Shown here piece after piece: positions 37,565-50,900 of a stretch of 53,562 bases of DNA; position 1 is the first letter of the stretch; every line of letters begins with the position of its first letter. Source of the DNA: Nemertoderma westbladi (taxonomy: Eukaryota; Animalia; Xenacoelomorpha); the NCBI GenBank assembly GCA_032718475.1, contig JAUCBJ010007783.1:1-53562 (forward strand), read 5' to 3'. The position numbers were made by a program, and so were the translations under genes. The notes under the pieces were generated by a model. That model worked only from the letters and a program-made list of their open reading frames with translations. It was not told the origin of the DNA and did no database searches.

Positions 37565-39109
37565 ATGAATCAACAAATTAATGTATTGAAGAAAAAATCA
37601 TCCAGTGCCGGGATAATTATAAAGAAAGAACCACCAGACTGTGCTCCCTATCCTCTTGAAGTTAAACAGGAGAACTGCGTTTACGGATCATCTATCGAAA
37701 ATCAAAACAATTTGTTTGGTGGAGTAGATGATGTCCCTGTACAAGATGACGAAGATATTCCTGGAGATTATTTTGTTGTCAAAAAACAGGAAAACGACAC
37801 CCCAAACTGTTCGTATGGTAAGCCTGTTGAAACTGAAGATGCAAATATTCATATTCAACATTCAGCTTGTGGTTTGCAATTTATTAGTGTAAAATCTGAA
37901 GGTTGTATAGTTATTGATCCATTTGCAGAAACTCGAACTGTTAGAAAACAGTGTAATACTGCTGGTATCGGTACCTCTAGTGACAACGTTGATTGTTGCA
38001 GCGCTACTAAACTGACAATCAGTTGTGCAACAACAGATTCCGGTAGTTCTAGTAGAGCTATTGGGGAGTTCCAATTTTCTCCAGATACCAGTTCCTGTTT
38101 TCATAGCAATGAATTATTTAATGGCAGAGAAAATTTAGAGAGACATATAGAATCCTTTCGTAAAGACGTCAAGAATAAGTATAAATGCGATTATTGTGAG
38201 AAACTGTTTACAAAGAAGAGTTCTGTAAATATGCATATCGACTCTTTTCATAAACTAATCAAACATAAGTGCAGTCATTGTAATAAAGAATTCTGCCATC
38301 AAGGTAATCTAAATACCCATATCAACTGCGCCCATAAAGATATCAAGTACAGCTGTTTTGATTGTGGAAAATCATTTGGTACCAAAAGTTATCTAAAGAT
38401 ACATGTCGACTCAATCCATAAACTAATCAAACATAAGTGCGGTTATTGTAACAAAGAATTCAGCCAGCAATCCAGTCTAAACACCCATGTCAACTACGCC
38501 CATAAAGATATCAAGTACAACTGTTTTGATTGTGGAAAATCATTTGGTACCAAAAGTTATCTAAAAAAACATGTCGACTCTATCCATAAACTAATCAAAC
38601 ATAAGTGCGGTTATTGTAACAAAGAATTCAGCTCTCGGGGCAGTCTAAACGCTCATGTCAACTCCGCCCATAAAGATATCAAACATAAGTGCGGTTATTG
38701 TAACAAAGAATTCAGCCGGCAAGACCATCTAAACGCCCATGTCAACTGCGCCCATAAAGATATCAAACATAAGTGCGGTTATTGTAACAAAGAATTCAGC
38801 CGGCAAGACCATCTAAACGCCCATGTCAACTACGCCCATAAAGATATCAAGTACAACTGTTTTGATTGTGGAAAATCATTTGGTACCAAAAGTCATCTAA
38901 AAAAACATGTCGACTCTATCCATAAACTAATCAAGCATAAATGCGGTTATTGTAACAAAGAATTCACCCTGAAATCCAGTCTAAACAATCATGTTAACAA
39001 CTTTCATAAAGGAATGGGAAACTCTAAATATGATAGTTCTATCTGCCATAAACAAATTTCTAATAGACATGAACTTAAGAGACACAATGATTCTGTTCAT
39101 AAATCTTAA
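37565..39109 (+). CDS. Tandem C2H2 zinc-finger protein, copy 1 (10 intact + 2 degenerate fingers)
   Basis: CxxC-x12-H-x4-H repeats at a 28-aa period and an acidic N-terminus with psi-K-x-E motifs. First ATG is at 37565; an upstream exon is possible. Confidence 0.9.
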   Translation: MNQQINVLKKKSSSAGIIIKKEPPDCAPYPLEVKQENCVYGSSIENQNNLFGGVDDVPVQDDEDIPGDYFVVKKQENDTPNCSYGKPVETEDANIHIQHSACGLQFISVKSEGCIVIDPFAETRTVRKQCNTAGIGTSSDNVDCCSATKLTISCATTDSGSSSRAIGEFQFSPDTSSCFHSNELFNGRENLERHIESFRKDVKNKYKCDYCEKLFTKKSSVNMHIDSFHKLIKHKCSHCNKEFCHQGNLNTHINCAHKDIKYSCFDCGKSFGTKSYLKIHVDSIHKLIKHKCGYCNKEFSQQSSLNTHVNYAHKDIKYNCFDCGKSFGTKSYLKKHVDSIHKLIKHKCGYCNKEFSSRGSLNAHVNSAHKDIKHKCGYCNKEFSRQDHLNAHVNCAHKDIKHKCGYCNKEFSRQDHLNAHVNYAHKDIKYNCFDCGKSFGTKSHLKKHVDSIHKLIKHKCGYCNKEFTLKSSLNNHVNNFHKGMGNSKYDSSICHKQISNRHELKRHNDSVHKS

Positions 39110-41097
39110 AGTTACCGAAACAATATTGTTGTTTTTGTTTTGAACAATTCTTCATATGTATCTGGTCATTATTTCACCTTTTACTTTTTGCGTGAAAAAT
39201 AAGTGATTAATTAATTTTATAATTGACTTACAGTAAGTGAGACAAAAAGATCAGTGAAATATTTATATAATATAAATATGTTACTAATCATTAGTCCTGT
39301 CAACATTGGCATAAAGCGGGCATAACTAATTAGCAATTACTCATCCGAATCAAATATTTCTGATTCGTTATTATCTTGCTAATCTCTCAAACAGTTGAAA
39401 GAGATATACATTATTCGGATCACTTTCATTTTTATGTTTTTTTCCTTAGCACCATGGATTTCACTTTACATAGCAACAATGTGACTAAAAATTTGTGGGA
39501 TTTTCATCTAGTTTGGCACAGACTAACTGTAATCTAACGACTATTGTTTGACTGACCTATGTACTTCTACATACTGTAGTTACAAATTTAGTTTCCATAT
39601 AGTTTCCAACGGTTTTGAGTTTGTTTCTATGGTTTCGTGGGAAACATTTTTATAGCGCGACCATTAAAATAAAGATTCTTATTGGCTATATATTTGGAAT
39701 CTATCATGTCTTTAGAATATGGAGAACACGTATTTGGCAATGGTTTCGTAAACTATTGATATTTGCAAAAATTCACCGAAATTTGCAATAAAAACGACAT
39801 TCCAAGGCTTATTTTGAACAGTTGCTATGGTAATCGACTAACCGGATTCTATGATACTAACATCCATCGGTCAGTCGGTACGCAAAAGTGATACGGTAGC
39901 CTAGAACCGAATGTCGGAAAAAAAAAGGGGTCATACTGTCATGAGAACAATACTGCAATAAAAGGGGTCATAAAAGTAAAATTTCTAGGTCAGTAGGTAT
40001 TGTCTAGGTTTGATCGAGGCAGCGAGGCTAGGCTGCTAGGTATTGTCCGGTCTGCCCTACTGCGCTACCGTTGCAAATAAACAGGCTGACAGGGAGGTTC
40101 AGGAGCCAGGCCAGGTGCAAGGTGAGGATGAGTGACAGCTGGTGTCTGTTAGGCTGTCAGGGTCAGCCCCGGCCCGGGATGCGCAGCAGTAATGGTACTA
40201 CCAGTTTGCCGCCGCCTGGCTGCCTGGATAATGTATTCAGTAGGCCTATACCCAACCGAGATTTATAATGACTCTTTTTTCCAACATCCTCTGATCCTGG
40301 CTATTTAACGTTTGCATAGGCCTAATTCTAGGCTGGGGTGCTATATGGCAATGGTACGCGTACGAGCCAGCTAATAAGCAGAGTACCGATTTCCAGACCT
40401 ACATACACTCCTCTCCTACTTGTACACCGGCAGACCGGAAGGCCTCCCTTCCCTACCACCTCCGACAGTCCGACGCCACATCAAATTCCGCCCGTCGAAT
40501 AACAACAGATTAGATTAGCGCATTGACCTCTAACTGTGTAAGTCCAAGTACCGACGTACCAAGGGTTAGTTGGACTTAGACTCGATGCTCGCAGTGCTGG
40601 GATCTGGGATCGGTTCCTGATCACGGGTTAGGGAACGTCCAGCCCATGGCTGCATGGATTGGCTGATTGGGGAATAGGAAGATCGTCGGCTCCGGAGTCA
40701 TGTGGCATACAGTGTACGGGAATGTAGTAGGCCTAATTTACCAAATACAATGTTTATTACATTTTAGCGGTACTTTTACAGTTTAAGCAGTCTAAATCTA
40801 AACGTAAACACTTATATCACACAAAAAAATCATACTCGTTTATTGTTTTGGTTCCCTTTAGAATGTCTGGATGTAATTGTTACATGCTCATTTACTGTTA
40901 GAGAAAGATATTGCATCTACAGTACATGTACATTTTGTACAATTGTTAATTGTATCAATTGTACACGTTACGGAATGTATGCCTAACTGCCTACTTCTGC
41001 ACGCTGAAATCTATTTACAATAGCGAATAGGCTTGATAAATAATCACCTGTATAATTCTAATTATTGATAGGCCTATATAATTATTAAGATTTGATA

Positions 41098-42642
41098 ATG
41101 AATCAACAAATTAATGTATTGAAGAAAAAATCATCCAGTGCCGGGATAATTATAAAGAAAGAACCACCAGACTGTGCTCCCTATCCTCTTGAAGTTAAAC
41201 AGGAGAACTGCGTTTACGGATCATCTATCGAAAATCAAAACAATTTGTTTGGTGGAGTAGATGATGTCCCTGTACAAGATGACGAAGATATTCCTGGAGA
41301 TTATTTTGTTGTCAAAAAACAGGAAAACGACACCCCAAACTGTTCGTATGGTAAGCCTGTTGAAACTGAAGATGCAAATATTCATATTCAACATTCAGCT
41401 TGTGGTTTGCAATTTATTAGTGTAAAATCTGAAGGTTGTATAGTTATTGATCCATTTGCAGAAACTCGAACTGTTAGAAAACAGTGTAATACTGCTGGTA
41501 TCGGTACCTCTAGTGACAACGTTGATTGTTGCAGCGCTACTAAACTGACAATCAGTTGTGCAACAACAGATTCCGGTAGTTCTAGTAGAGCTATTGGGGA
41601 GTTCCAATTTTCTCCAGATACCAGTTCCTGTTTTCATAGCAATGAATTATTTAATGGCAGAGAAAATTTAGAGAGACATATAGAATCCTTTCGTAAAGAC
41701 GTCAAGAATAAGTATAAATGCGATTATTGTGAGAAACTGTTTACAAAGAAGAGTTCTGTAAATATGCATATCGACTCTTTTCATAAACTAATCAAACATA
41801 AGTGCAGTCATTGTAATAAAGAATTCTGCCATCAAGGTAATCTAAATACCCATATCAACTGCGCCCATAAAGATATCAAGTACAGCTGTTTTGATTGTGG
41901 AAAATCATTTGGTACCAAAAGTTATCTAAAGATACATGTCGACTCAATCCATAAACTAATCAAACATAAGTGCGGTTATTGTAACAAAGAATTCAGCCAG
42001 CAATCCAGTCTAAACACCCATGTCAACTACGCCCATAAAGATATCAAGTACAACTGTTTTGATTGTGGAAAATCATTTGGTACCAAAAGTTATCTAAAAA
42101 AACATGTCGACTCTATCCATAAACTAATCAAACATAAGTGCGGTTATTGTAACAAAGAATTCAGCTCTCGGGGCAGTCTAAACGCTCATGTCAACTCCGC
42201 CCATAAAGATATCAAACATAAGTGCGGTTATTGTAACAAAGAATTCAGCCGGCAAGACCATCTAAACGCCCATGTCAACTGCGCCCATAAAGATATCAAA
42301 CATAAGTGCGGTTATTGTAACAAAGAATTCAGCCGGCAAGACCATCTAAACGCCCATGTCAACTACGCCCATAAAGATATCAAGTACAACTGTTTTGATT
42401 GTGGAAAATCATTTGGTACCAAAAGTCATCTAAAAAAACATGTCGACTCTATCCATAAACTAATCAAGCATAAATGCGGTTATTGTAACAAAGAATTCAC
42501 CCTGAAATCCAGTCTAAACAATCATGTTAACAACTTTCATAAAGGAATGGGAAACTCTAAATATGATAGTTCTATCTGCCATAAACAAATTTCTAATAGA
42601 CATGAACTTAAGAGACACAATGATTCTGTTCATAAATCTTAA
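41098..42642 (+). CDS. Tandem C2H2 zinc-finger protein, copy 2 (protein identical to copy 1)
   Basis: The ORF track translations of the two copies are identical. Confidence 0.9.
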   Translation: MNQQINVLKKKSSSAGIIIKKEPPDCAPYPLEVKQENCVYGSSIENQNNLFGGVDDVPVQDDEDIPGDYFVVKKQENDTPNCSYGKPVETEDANIHIQHSACGLQFISVKSEGCIVIDPFAETRTVRKQCNTAGIGTSSDNVDCCSATKLTISCATTDSGSSSRAIGEFQFSPDTSSCFHSNELFNGRENLERHIESFRKDVKNKYKCDYCEKLFTKKSSVNMHIDSFHKLIKHKCSHCNKEFCHQGNLNTHINCAHKDIKYSCFDCGKSFGTKSYLKIHVDSIHKLIKHKCGYCNKEFSQQSSLNTHVNYAHKDIKYNCFDCGKSFGTKSYLKKHVDSIHKLIKHKCGYCNKEFSSRGSLNAHVNSAHKDIKHKCGYCNKEFSRQDHLNAHVNCAHKDIKHKCGYCNKEFSRQDHLNAHVNYAHKDIKYNCFDCGKSFGTKSHLKKHVDSIHKLIKHKCGYCNKEFTLKSSLNNHVNNFHKGMGNSKYDSSICHKQISNRHELKRHNDSVHKS

Positions 42643-43427
42643 AGTTACCGAAACAATATTGTTGTTTTTGTTTTGAACAATTCTTCATATGTATCTGGTC
42701 ATTATTTCACCTTTTACTTTTTGCGTGAAAAATAAGTGATTAATTAATTTTATAATTGACTTACAGTAAGTGAGACAAAAAGATCAGTGAAATATTTATA
42801 TAATATAAATATGTTACTAATCATTAGTCCTGTCAACATTGGCATAAAGCGGGCATAACTAATTAGCAATTACTCATCCGAATCAAATATTTCTGATTCG
42901 TTATTATCTTGCTAATCTCTCAAACAGTTGAAAGAGATATACATTATTCGGATCACTTTCATTTTTATGTTTTTTTCCTTAGCACCATGGATTTCACTTT
43001 ACATAGCAACAATGTGACTAAAAATTTGTGGGATTTTCATCTAGTTTGGCACAGACTAACTGTAATCTAACGACTATTGTTTGACTGACCTATGTACTTC
43101 TACATACTGTAGTTACAAATTTAGTTTCCATATAGTTTCCAACGGTTTTGAGTTTGTTTCTATGGTTTCGTGGGAAACATTTTTATAGCGCGACCATTAA
43201 AATAAAGATTCTTATTGGCTATATATTTGGAATCTATCATGTCTTTAGAATATGGAGAACACGTATTTGGCAATGGTTTCGTAAACTATTGATATTTGCA
43301 AAAATTCACCGAAATTTGCAATAAAAACGACATTCCAAGGCTTATTTTGAACAGTTGCTATGGTAATCGACTAACCGGATTCTCTGATATGGGTTTAGTG
43401 CGAATAGGTCAAGGTTAGAAATATGTA

Positions 43428-45222
43428 TAGGGTTAATTAATCGATTTACCTAAAACCGTTGGATGCCGGCCGTTAATGCTTTAGGGATGCTGTCCCGTCA
43501 AACTATAAAACTTTTTAGATTAAGTGGAACATGACCTACTAAATATACTACCATGAAAGCTGCATTCTACTGTACCTACTCAATTTAATAAGCACACGTT
43601 TTGAAAATAATTTTTTGCATATTTGAAGGATTTTATAATAAAAGTCTTCTAGAACATTTTTTTATGATTCTTTTCAATAGTAAGTATTATAATTTTGAAA
43701 CAAATTATTTTAATAGCTATTTTTATATATTATTGGTAATTATTTCCAGATCCACTTCGTTGGTGCTTACCTACGCCATCTCCAGGAATCTTGTGTCTTA
43801 ATTCAGTGACTTGGCCACCAATTATTATTCTACAAATGTTAATGAGATTGCATGAAATTTGAAATATATATTGTTTTACCTCCCTCATCCATACTGGGTA
43901 CATGAAATTTGAAATATATATTGTTTTACCTCCCTCATCCATACTGGGTACATGAAATTTGAAATATATATTGTTTTACCTCCCTCATCCATACTGGGTG
44001 CGTCAGAATATTTATTTTCGCTTTCGGCACTACTACAGTATGTGTACCCATAACCATATTTTTTTTACTATAGCTAATTTTTGCTACTTTTTTTAGAACT
44101 ATTCTATTTCATTTTAGCTATTGTTAGGTTAAAAAAATTATGTTCTAGAACAAATATATATTTTTTGATCTAGAACATTTAAAAATTAAAATTTATTAAA
44201 AATTAGTTATATGTGTAATAAATAGTTTATTTATCTATAAACATTAAATATACAAATTATAAGGCTAGCTAGTAATTTTCCAAATTAGCTATTATTTTTA
44301 AAGGAATCTTTAATTCTTTGGAAATATCAATAATATTTGTATATTTAGAGCACTTTTTGTTTTCGTGACGTGGCATTTTATTTTATGAAAACAGTTAAAG
44401 TGAACCTACTACTGTAAACATTAAAAAACATTCTAGAATAATAGTATTTAAATTATATAGTATTTAAAGGCAACAGATTAACATTTTAAGGTGTATTATT
44501 ACGAATTATAAATTTTTAAAAAAATGTTCTAGAACAAAAAATATTTGTTCTAGAACATTTTTTATAGCTAATATAACATAGAACATTAAAAAAAAATGTA
44601 GCAAAAACTAGCTACTACAAAAATTCCCGATCATGGGTACACGCACATACTGTAGTAGTGCCTCGCTTTCAATCCTTAACTACAAGCGTTTGAAAAGTAA
44701 TTAAATAGCCTCGAGACGATACTAAAACTTGCCACTTCCGAATGCTAATATTCCACTCAATTTCATTAAGATTCGGAGGGGGTGGGGTTGCACTGAATTA
44801 AGACATACAAAATATCTTGTATTTTTGATATTTATTTTTTGTTATTTATGCTAGCTAGACTTTTTTCCAAGTATCTATTTTAAATGCATGACCTACTATA
44901 GATACGACCCGCCAAGCTGCTGCAAGGCCCCCAAATTTAGTGGGCCAGAATGAAATTATGTCCCCTTTCATTTGAGACAAATATAAATGTAATAGCTCCA
45001 GTTGTTTTCGAGATAAGAGGAGTTCCTGGGAGTCCCATACCATATCAGCGCCTTTCGAAATTGATAAAATTACTCAAAATACACGAGTAATTTACTTTAC
45101 TTCAAAGACTTGGGTATAACCATTAAACAATATTATGCTTTTTTTGGTTAGTCGAATTCAATATTAGTAATCGAAAGCGAAATTAGAATAAACCTTCATT
45201 GTTTATTTTTTAATAGACACTA
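43428..45222. mobile_element. Non-autonomous dispersed repeat, copy 2 (fold-back organisation)
   Basis: Homologous to 1902-3694, with 3 copies of the 50-bp unit (43849-43998). Its extra segment (~44433-44957) is largely a diverged inverted copy of the element's left part. Confidence 0.75.
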
Positions 45223-47901
45223 AAAGAGCACCAACATTACAAGTAGCTCGAAATTTTCAAATAGCCAAAAGTGGTAATTTGGCTACTGATGTTTTAAAAG
45301 GTGCTGATTTCATTGGCAAGGTTTATAAAATTGAGATATTTTCATTTTCAAAAATGGCCAATTTGTCAGTCGAAAATTTTAAGTGCCAGCCAGTGCACTT
45401 CTACTTCAGTAGGCCTACTGCAGTACTCTGGTATTGGTTCGGTAATGTAGTGTATTATTCTGTATGTTCATTGCACAGCTGCACTCGCCCTGTACTGCTT
45501 CACAAATTCCGGGGCATGGTGCAAGGAAACTAATTAATTAACATAATTTCTCAACTAAATGGGGTATGTAACCTCGTCCATCAGATTGGTCGATAACCAT
45601 TTCGAAAAACAGATCACGTTATATCACGATATAACGGATCACGATCCGTTATATCACAAACTATTGTGGTGGTTTTTAAACTTCCATTGAAATTGTCGAA
45701 CAGTTTATGTTAAAGTTAAGTTGGCACTTAATTTATACCGATAGCAAATTTAACATTCATTGGAAGCTAATTATGATAAAAATTTGAAGTAAAGATTTGT
45801 ATTATAGTATTAAAGATGTTGACGGCCGAGAACCGCTAGTACAATTAATCTTCCAAGGAAGTCATTGAAGTTCCATGTTGGTTTACCCGAGTCTTCGGGT
45901 GCATAAGCTGACAAAATAAGCTGTGCATCACTACCACCAATTAAAACCTCCACACCAAATAATATAATTGGTGAATTTTATATGATCAATAGACCTGATT
46001 ATTCGATGCCTCGCTTGATAGGAAACACACGCCTCCTCTCGTGGTATTTATTGCTCGAGATGTGGTTCCAGCCAATGGCGTAGCCAGGATTTCACAAGGG
46101 GAGGGACCAGAGCCAGAAAGGGGGGGGGGGGGGGGGGGTGCAGACAGAAAGTTTACACATCTAATCAAAATGAATGAAATGTTTTATTTCTATTATTACT
46201 GGAGGTCACTGTGTCTGTCTCTGTCTGTCTGTTTGTCTCTCAAGAAATATAACAAATATGCCTAAATAAATAAAACACACCACCCAACATTTTGTAGTAA
46301 GGGGGTTTTACTTTCTTATGATTTCAATTACGATGTCGTTTTCACTATTTGCCAAATCTAAACTTTTGTCTGCCTGTCAGTCAGTTTGTCTGTTATTACT
46401 GTATGTATAAGAAAATTTATTATACATACAATTTAGTTATATCAGAAATTAACTTACATAATGCAACCAAGTTACTAGACGAAAATAGCTAAGGCAGGTT
46501 TAAATAATCTATATCTGGGAATGTGTGTGTTCAGCTACATATCTAAAAAATATAGGGCCTATGTATAATATAAAAAATAGTATAGTAGTATAGTCTATAA
46601 TAGTATATAATAGTCTATATCTTTTAAAAAAAGCTGCTTCCTAAGGCAGGTTTAAATAATCTATATCTGGGATTTTGTTCCTTATGTGTTCAGATAATGT
46701 GCATGGTAACAAGAAACGAGGTTCATTTTGGACAGAATTATTATCTTATTACGTTCACAAAAATTTAGTTCTGGTGCAGTTTTCATACATGGCATTAAGA
46801 CAGAGTGTGAAGGATTTACTAACTACTGTAACTAACCCAAAACTAACTAACTCTAAAACAAAATGAAATATTGTAAAGTAATATTGTGTTAAAACAGATA
46901 TAAACATTGTGTTAAAATGGATAGATATTAAATTAGTAGAAAAAACTAATACAATGAAACTTTTAATATCAATTAATTCTATGAGACTCAATGATATGTG
47001 TAACCATGGTATCAGGGAGAAAGTAGCAGTGGAATCTAGTAACAAGTGGACATATTGTGCGAAATTTTTAGATCTGGCAATTTTACCATTTCCATGGTAT
47101 AATAAATATAATTTATAATTAATACTAATATCATTATGCCAAGAGGTTAAGTTTGTTACAAACCACTAAACTCATAAGGGTCTGTTAATTCCTGTAGGAT
47201 GTTATGTCATTTATTTTTCGTAGTGGTAGCGATACGGATTGTGACATGTTGCGGAATCTGCTTGGAGAGTGTAATGTGTTTTGTGGGTTTTATGCTTAAA
47301 TACGGAACTTTTGTGTTTCAGTAAAATAGGCCCTATAGCATTCAATTTCAATATTACAGTTTATCTTCAATATTACAGTTTATCTACAGTATGTCGGAAA
47401 GGGGGGGGGGGGGGGGGGGGGGGTTGGGGCAATGGTCCCGAACCCTCCTTTGGGACTAATCAATGACTTACTATTGGCCGAACGGATATTTAAATACACA
47501 ATGAGATACAGCGTGTTAGGCAGTAAGTGGGCTGCTAATAATTAATAGCCCATATTTATTTTAAGACTATAATAACAATTGAACACCCAATTATCTACCC
47601 CTGTACTCCTCTTACAGCAAGCAGTGTTTGTATAGTAAGCTGAATGTCAATGTGTATAGGAAATTAACATTTCCCGTGGATAACATACATTTATTTAGTC
47701 GCCCAGTTTTAGCTCCTGTCTAATTATTAATTAAACTAATAAATGAAAATAAACTAATATTTATTCTATTAATAATTACACAGACATTGTGTTTTACTCT
47801 TTATTACTCAACATATATGTTCAATAGTAATAAATACAGTGTGTGATCCTACATTTATTTGTAAGTTACTCCTCCCCAACACCTACAACTTCCCATTGCT
47901 T

Positions 47902-50900
47902 GTAGATTTCTCTAATAGTTGTTTCTTTGCGACATTCGGAGTTGAACCAAGGTTTACTGTGTTCCAGCTCTTGTCTACTATTGTGTGTAAAGAGATGTTG
48001 GCTAGTAGATTTCTCTAATAGTTGTTTTTTGCGACATTCGGAGTTGAACCAAGGTTTACTGTGTTCCAGCTCTTGTCTACTATTGCGTCTAGAGAGATGT
48101 TAGCTAGTAGATTTCTCTAATAGTTGTTTTTTGCGACATTCGGAGTTGAACCAAGGTTTACTGTGTTCCAGCTCTTGTCTACTATTGTGTGTAGAGAGAT
48201 GTTTGCTAGTAGATTTCTATAATAGTTGTTTCTTTGCGACATTCGGAGTTGAACCAAGGTTTACTGTGTTCCAGCTCTTGCCTACTATTGTGTGTTGTAG
48301 AGAGATGTTTGCAAGTAGATTTCTCTAATAGCTGTTTCTTTGCGACATTCGGAGTTCAACCAAGGTTTACTGTGTTCCAGCTCTTGTCTACTATTGTGTG
48401 TTGTAGAGAGATGTTTGCAAGTAGATTTCTCTAATAGTTGTTTCTTTGCGACATTCGGAGTTGAACCAAGGTTTACTGTGCAGCTCTTGCCTACTATTGT
48501 GTGTTGTAGAGAGATGTTTGCAAGTAGATTTCTCTAATAGCTGTTTCTTTGCGACATTCGGAGTTCAACCAAGGTTTACTGTGTTCCAGCTCTTGTCTAC
48601 TATTGTGTTTTGTAGAGAGATGTTTGCAAGTAGATTTCTCTAATAGCTGTTTCTTTGCGACATTCGGAGTTGAACCAAGGTTTACTGTGTTCCAGCTCTT
48701 GTCTACTATTGTGTGTAGAGAGATGTTTGCTAGTAGATTTCTCTAATAGTTGTTTCTTTGCGACATTCGGAGTTGAACCAAGGTTTACTGTGTTCCAGCT
48801 CTTGCCTACTATTGTGTGTTGTAGAGAGATGTTTGCAAGTAGATTTCTCTAATAGCTGTTTCTTTGCGACATTCGGAGTTCAACCAAGGTTTACTGTGTT
48901 CCAGCTCTTGTCTACTATTGTGTGTTGTAGAGAGATGTTTGCAAGTAGATTTCTCTAATAGCTGTTTCTTTGCGACATTCGGAGTTGAACCAAGGTTTAC
49001 TGTGTTCCAGCTCTTGTCTACTATTGTGTGTAGAGAGATGTTTGCTAGTAGATTTCTCTAATAGTTGTTTTTTGCGACATTCGGAGTTGAACCAAGGTTT
49101 ACTGTGTTCCAGCTCTTGCCTACTATTGTGTGTTGTAGAGAAATGTTTGCTAGTAGATTTCTCTAATGGCTGTTTCTTTGCGACATTCGGAGTTGAACCA
49201 AGGTTTACTGTGTTCCAGCTCTTGTCTACTATTGTGTGTAGAGAGATGTTTGCTAGTAGATTTCTCTAATAGTTGTTTTTTGCGACATTCGGAGTTGAAC
49301 CAAGGTTTACTGTGTTCGAGCTCTTGTCTACTATTGTGTGTAGAAAGATGTTTGCTAGTAGATTTCTCTCATAGTTGTTTCTTTGCGACATTCGGAGTTG
49401 AACCAAGGTTTACTGTGTTCCAGCTCTTGTCTACTATTGTTTGTTGTAGAGAGATGTTTGCTAGTAGATTTCTCTAATAGTTGTTTCTTTGCGACATGCG
49501 GAGTTGAACCAAGGTTTACTGTGTTCCAGCTCTTGTCTACTATTGTGTGTTGTAGAGAGATGTTTGCTAGTATATTTCTCTAATAGTTGTTTCTTTGCGA
49601 CATTCGGAGTTGAACCAAGGTTTACTGTGTTCCAGCTCTTGTCTACTATTGTTTGTTATAGAGAGATGTTTGCTAGTATATTTCTCTAATAGTTGTTTCT
49701 TTGCGACATTCGGAGTTGAACCAAGGTTTACTGTGTTCCAGCTCTTGTCTACTATTGTGTGTAGAGAGATGTTTGCTAGTAGATTTCTCTAATAGTTGTT
49801 TTTTGCGACATTCGGAGTTGAACCAAGGTTTACTGTGTTCCAGCTCTTGTCTATTATTGTGTGTAGAGAGATGTTTGCTAGTAGATTTCTCTAATAGTTG
49901 TTTGTTTGCGACATTCGGAGTTGAACCAAGGTTTACTGTGTTCCAGCTCTTGCCTACTATTGTGTGTAGAGAGATGTTTGCTAGTAGATTTCTCTAATAG
50001 TTGTTTGTTGGCGACATTCGGAGTTGAACCAAGGTTTACTGTGTTCCAGCTCTTGTCTACTATTGTGTGTAGAGAGATGTTTGCTAGTAGATTTCTATAA
50101 TAGTTGTTTCTTTGCGACATTCGGAGTTGAACTAAGGTTTACTGTGTTCCAGCTCTTGTCTACTATTGTGTGTAGAGAGATGTTTGCTAGTAGATTTCTA
50201 TAATAGTTGTTTCTTTGCGACATTCGGAGTTGAACTAAGGTTTACTGTGTTCCAGCTCTTGTCTACTATTGTGTGTAGAGAGATGTTTGCTAGTAGATTT
50301 CTCTAATAGTTGTTTCTTTGCGACATTCGGAGTTGAACCAAGGTTTACTGTGTTCCAGCTCTTGTCTACTATTGTGTGTTGTAGAGAGATGTTTGCTAGT
50401 AGATTTCTCTAATAGTTGTTTCTTTGCGACATTCGGAGTTGAACCAAGGTTTACTGTGTTCCAGCTCTTGCCTACTATTGTGTGTTGTAGAGAGATGTTT
50501 GGTAGTAGATTTCTCTAATAGTTGTTTGTTTGCGACATTCGGAGTTGAACCAAGGTTTACTGTGTTCCAGCTCTTGTCTACTATTGTGTGTTGTAGAGAG
50601 ATGTTTGGTAGTAGATTTCTCTAATAGTTGTTTCTTTGCGACATTCGGAGTTGAACCAAGGTTTACTGTGTTCCAGCTCTTGCCTACTATTGTGTGTTGT
50701 AGAGAGATGTTTGCTAGTAGATTTCTCTAATAGTTGTTTGTTTGCGACATTCGGAGTTGAACCAAGGTTTACTGTGTTCCAGCTCTTGTCTACTATTGTG
50801 TGTAGAGAGATGTTTGCTAGTAGATTTCTATAATAGTTGTTTCTTTGCGACATTCGGAGTTGAACCAAGGTTTACTGTGTTCCAGCTCTTGTCTACTATT

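Larger units (their letters stand above)
36316..43383 (+). repeat. Tandem segmental duplication, 2 x 3533 bp
   Basis: 36316-39848 is repeated at offset 3533 with only a few substitutions seen. Junction microhomology CT(A/C)TGATA. Confidence 0.96.

Noticed and set aside
1902-45222. One giant composite transposon bounded by the two dispersed-repeat copies
   Set aside because: The copies are diverged, differ by indels and share no flanking TSD; independent insertions are the simpler explanation.
46070-47470. hAT-type MITE (CAATGGCGTAGCCAGG head, poly-G tracts)
   Set aside because: Only one plausible terminus, and no matching TIR or TSD could be identified.
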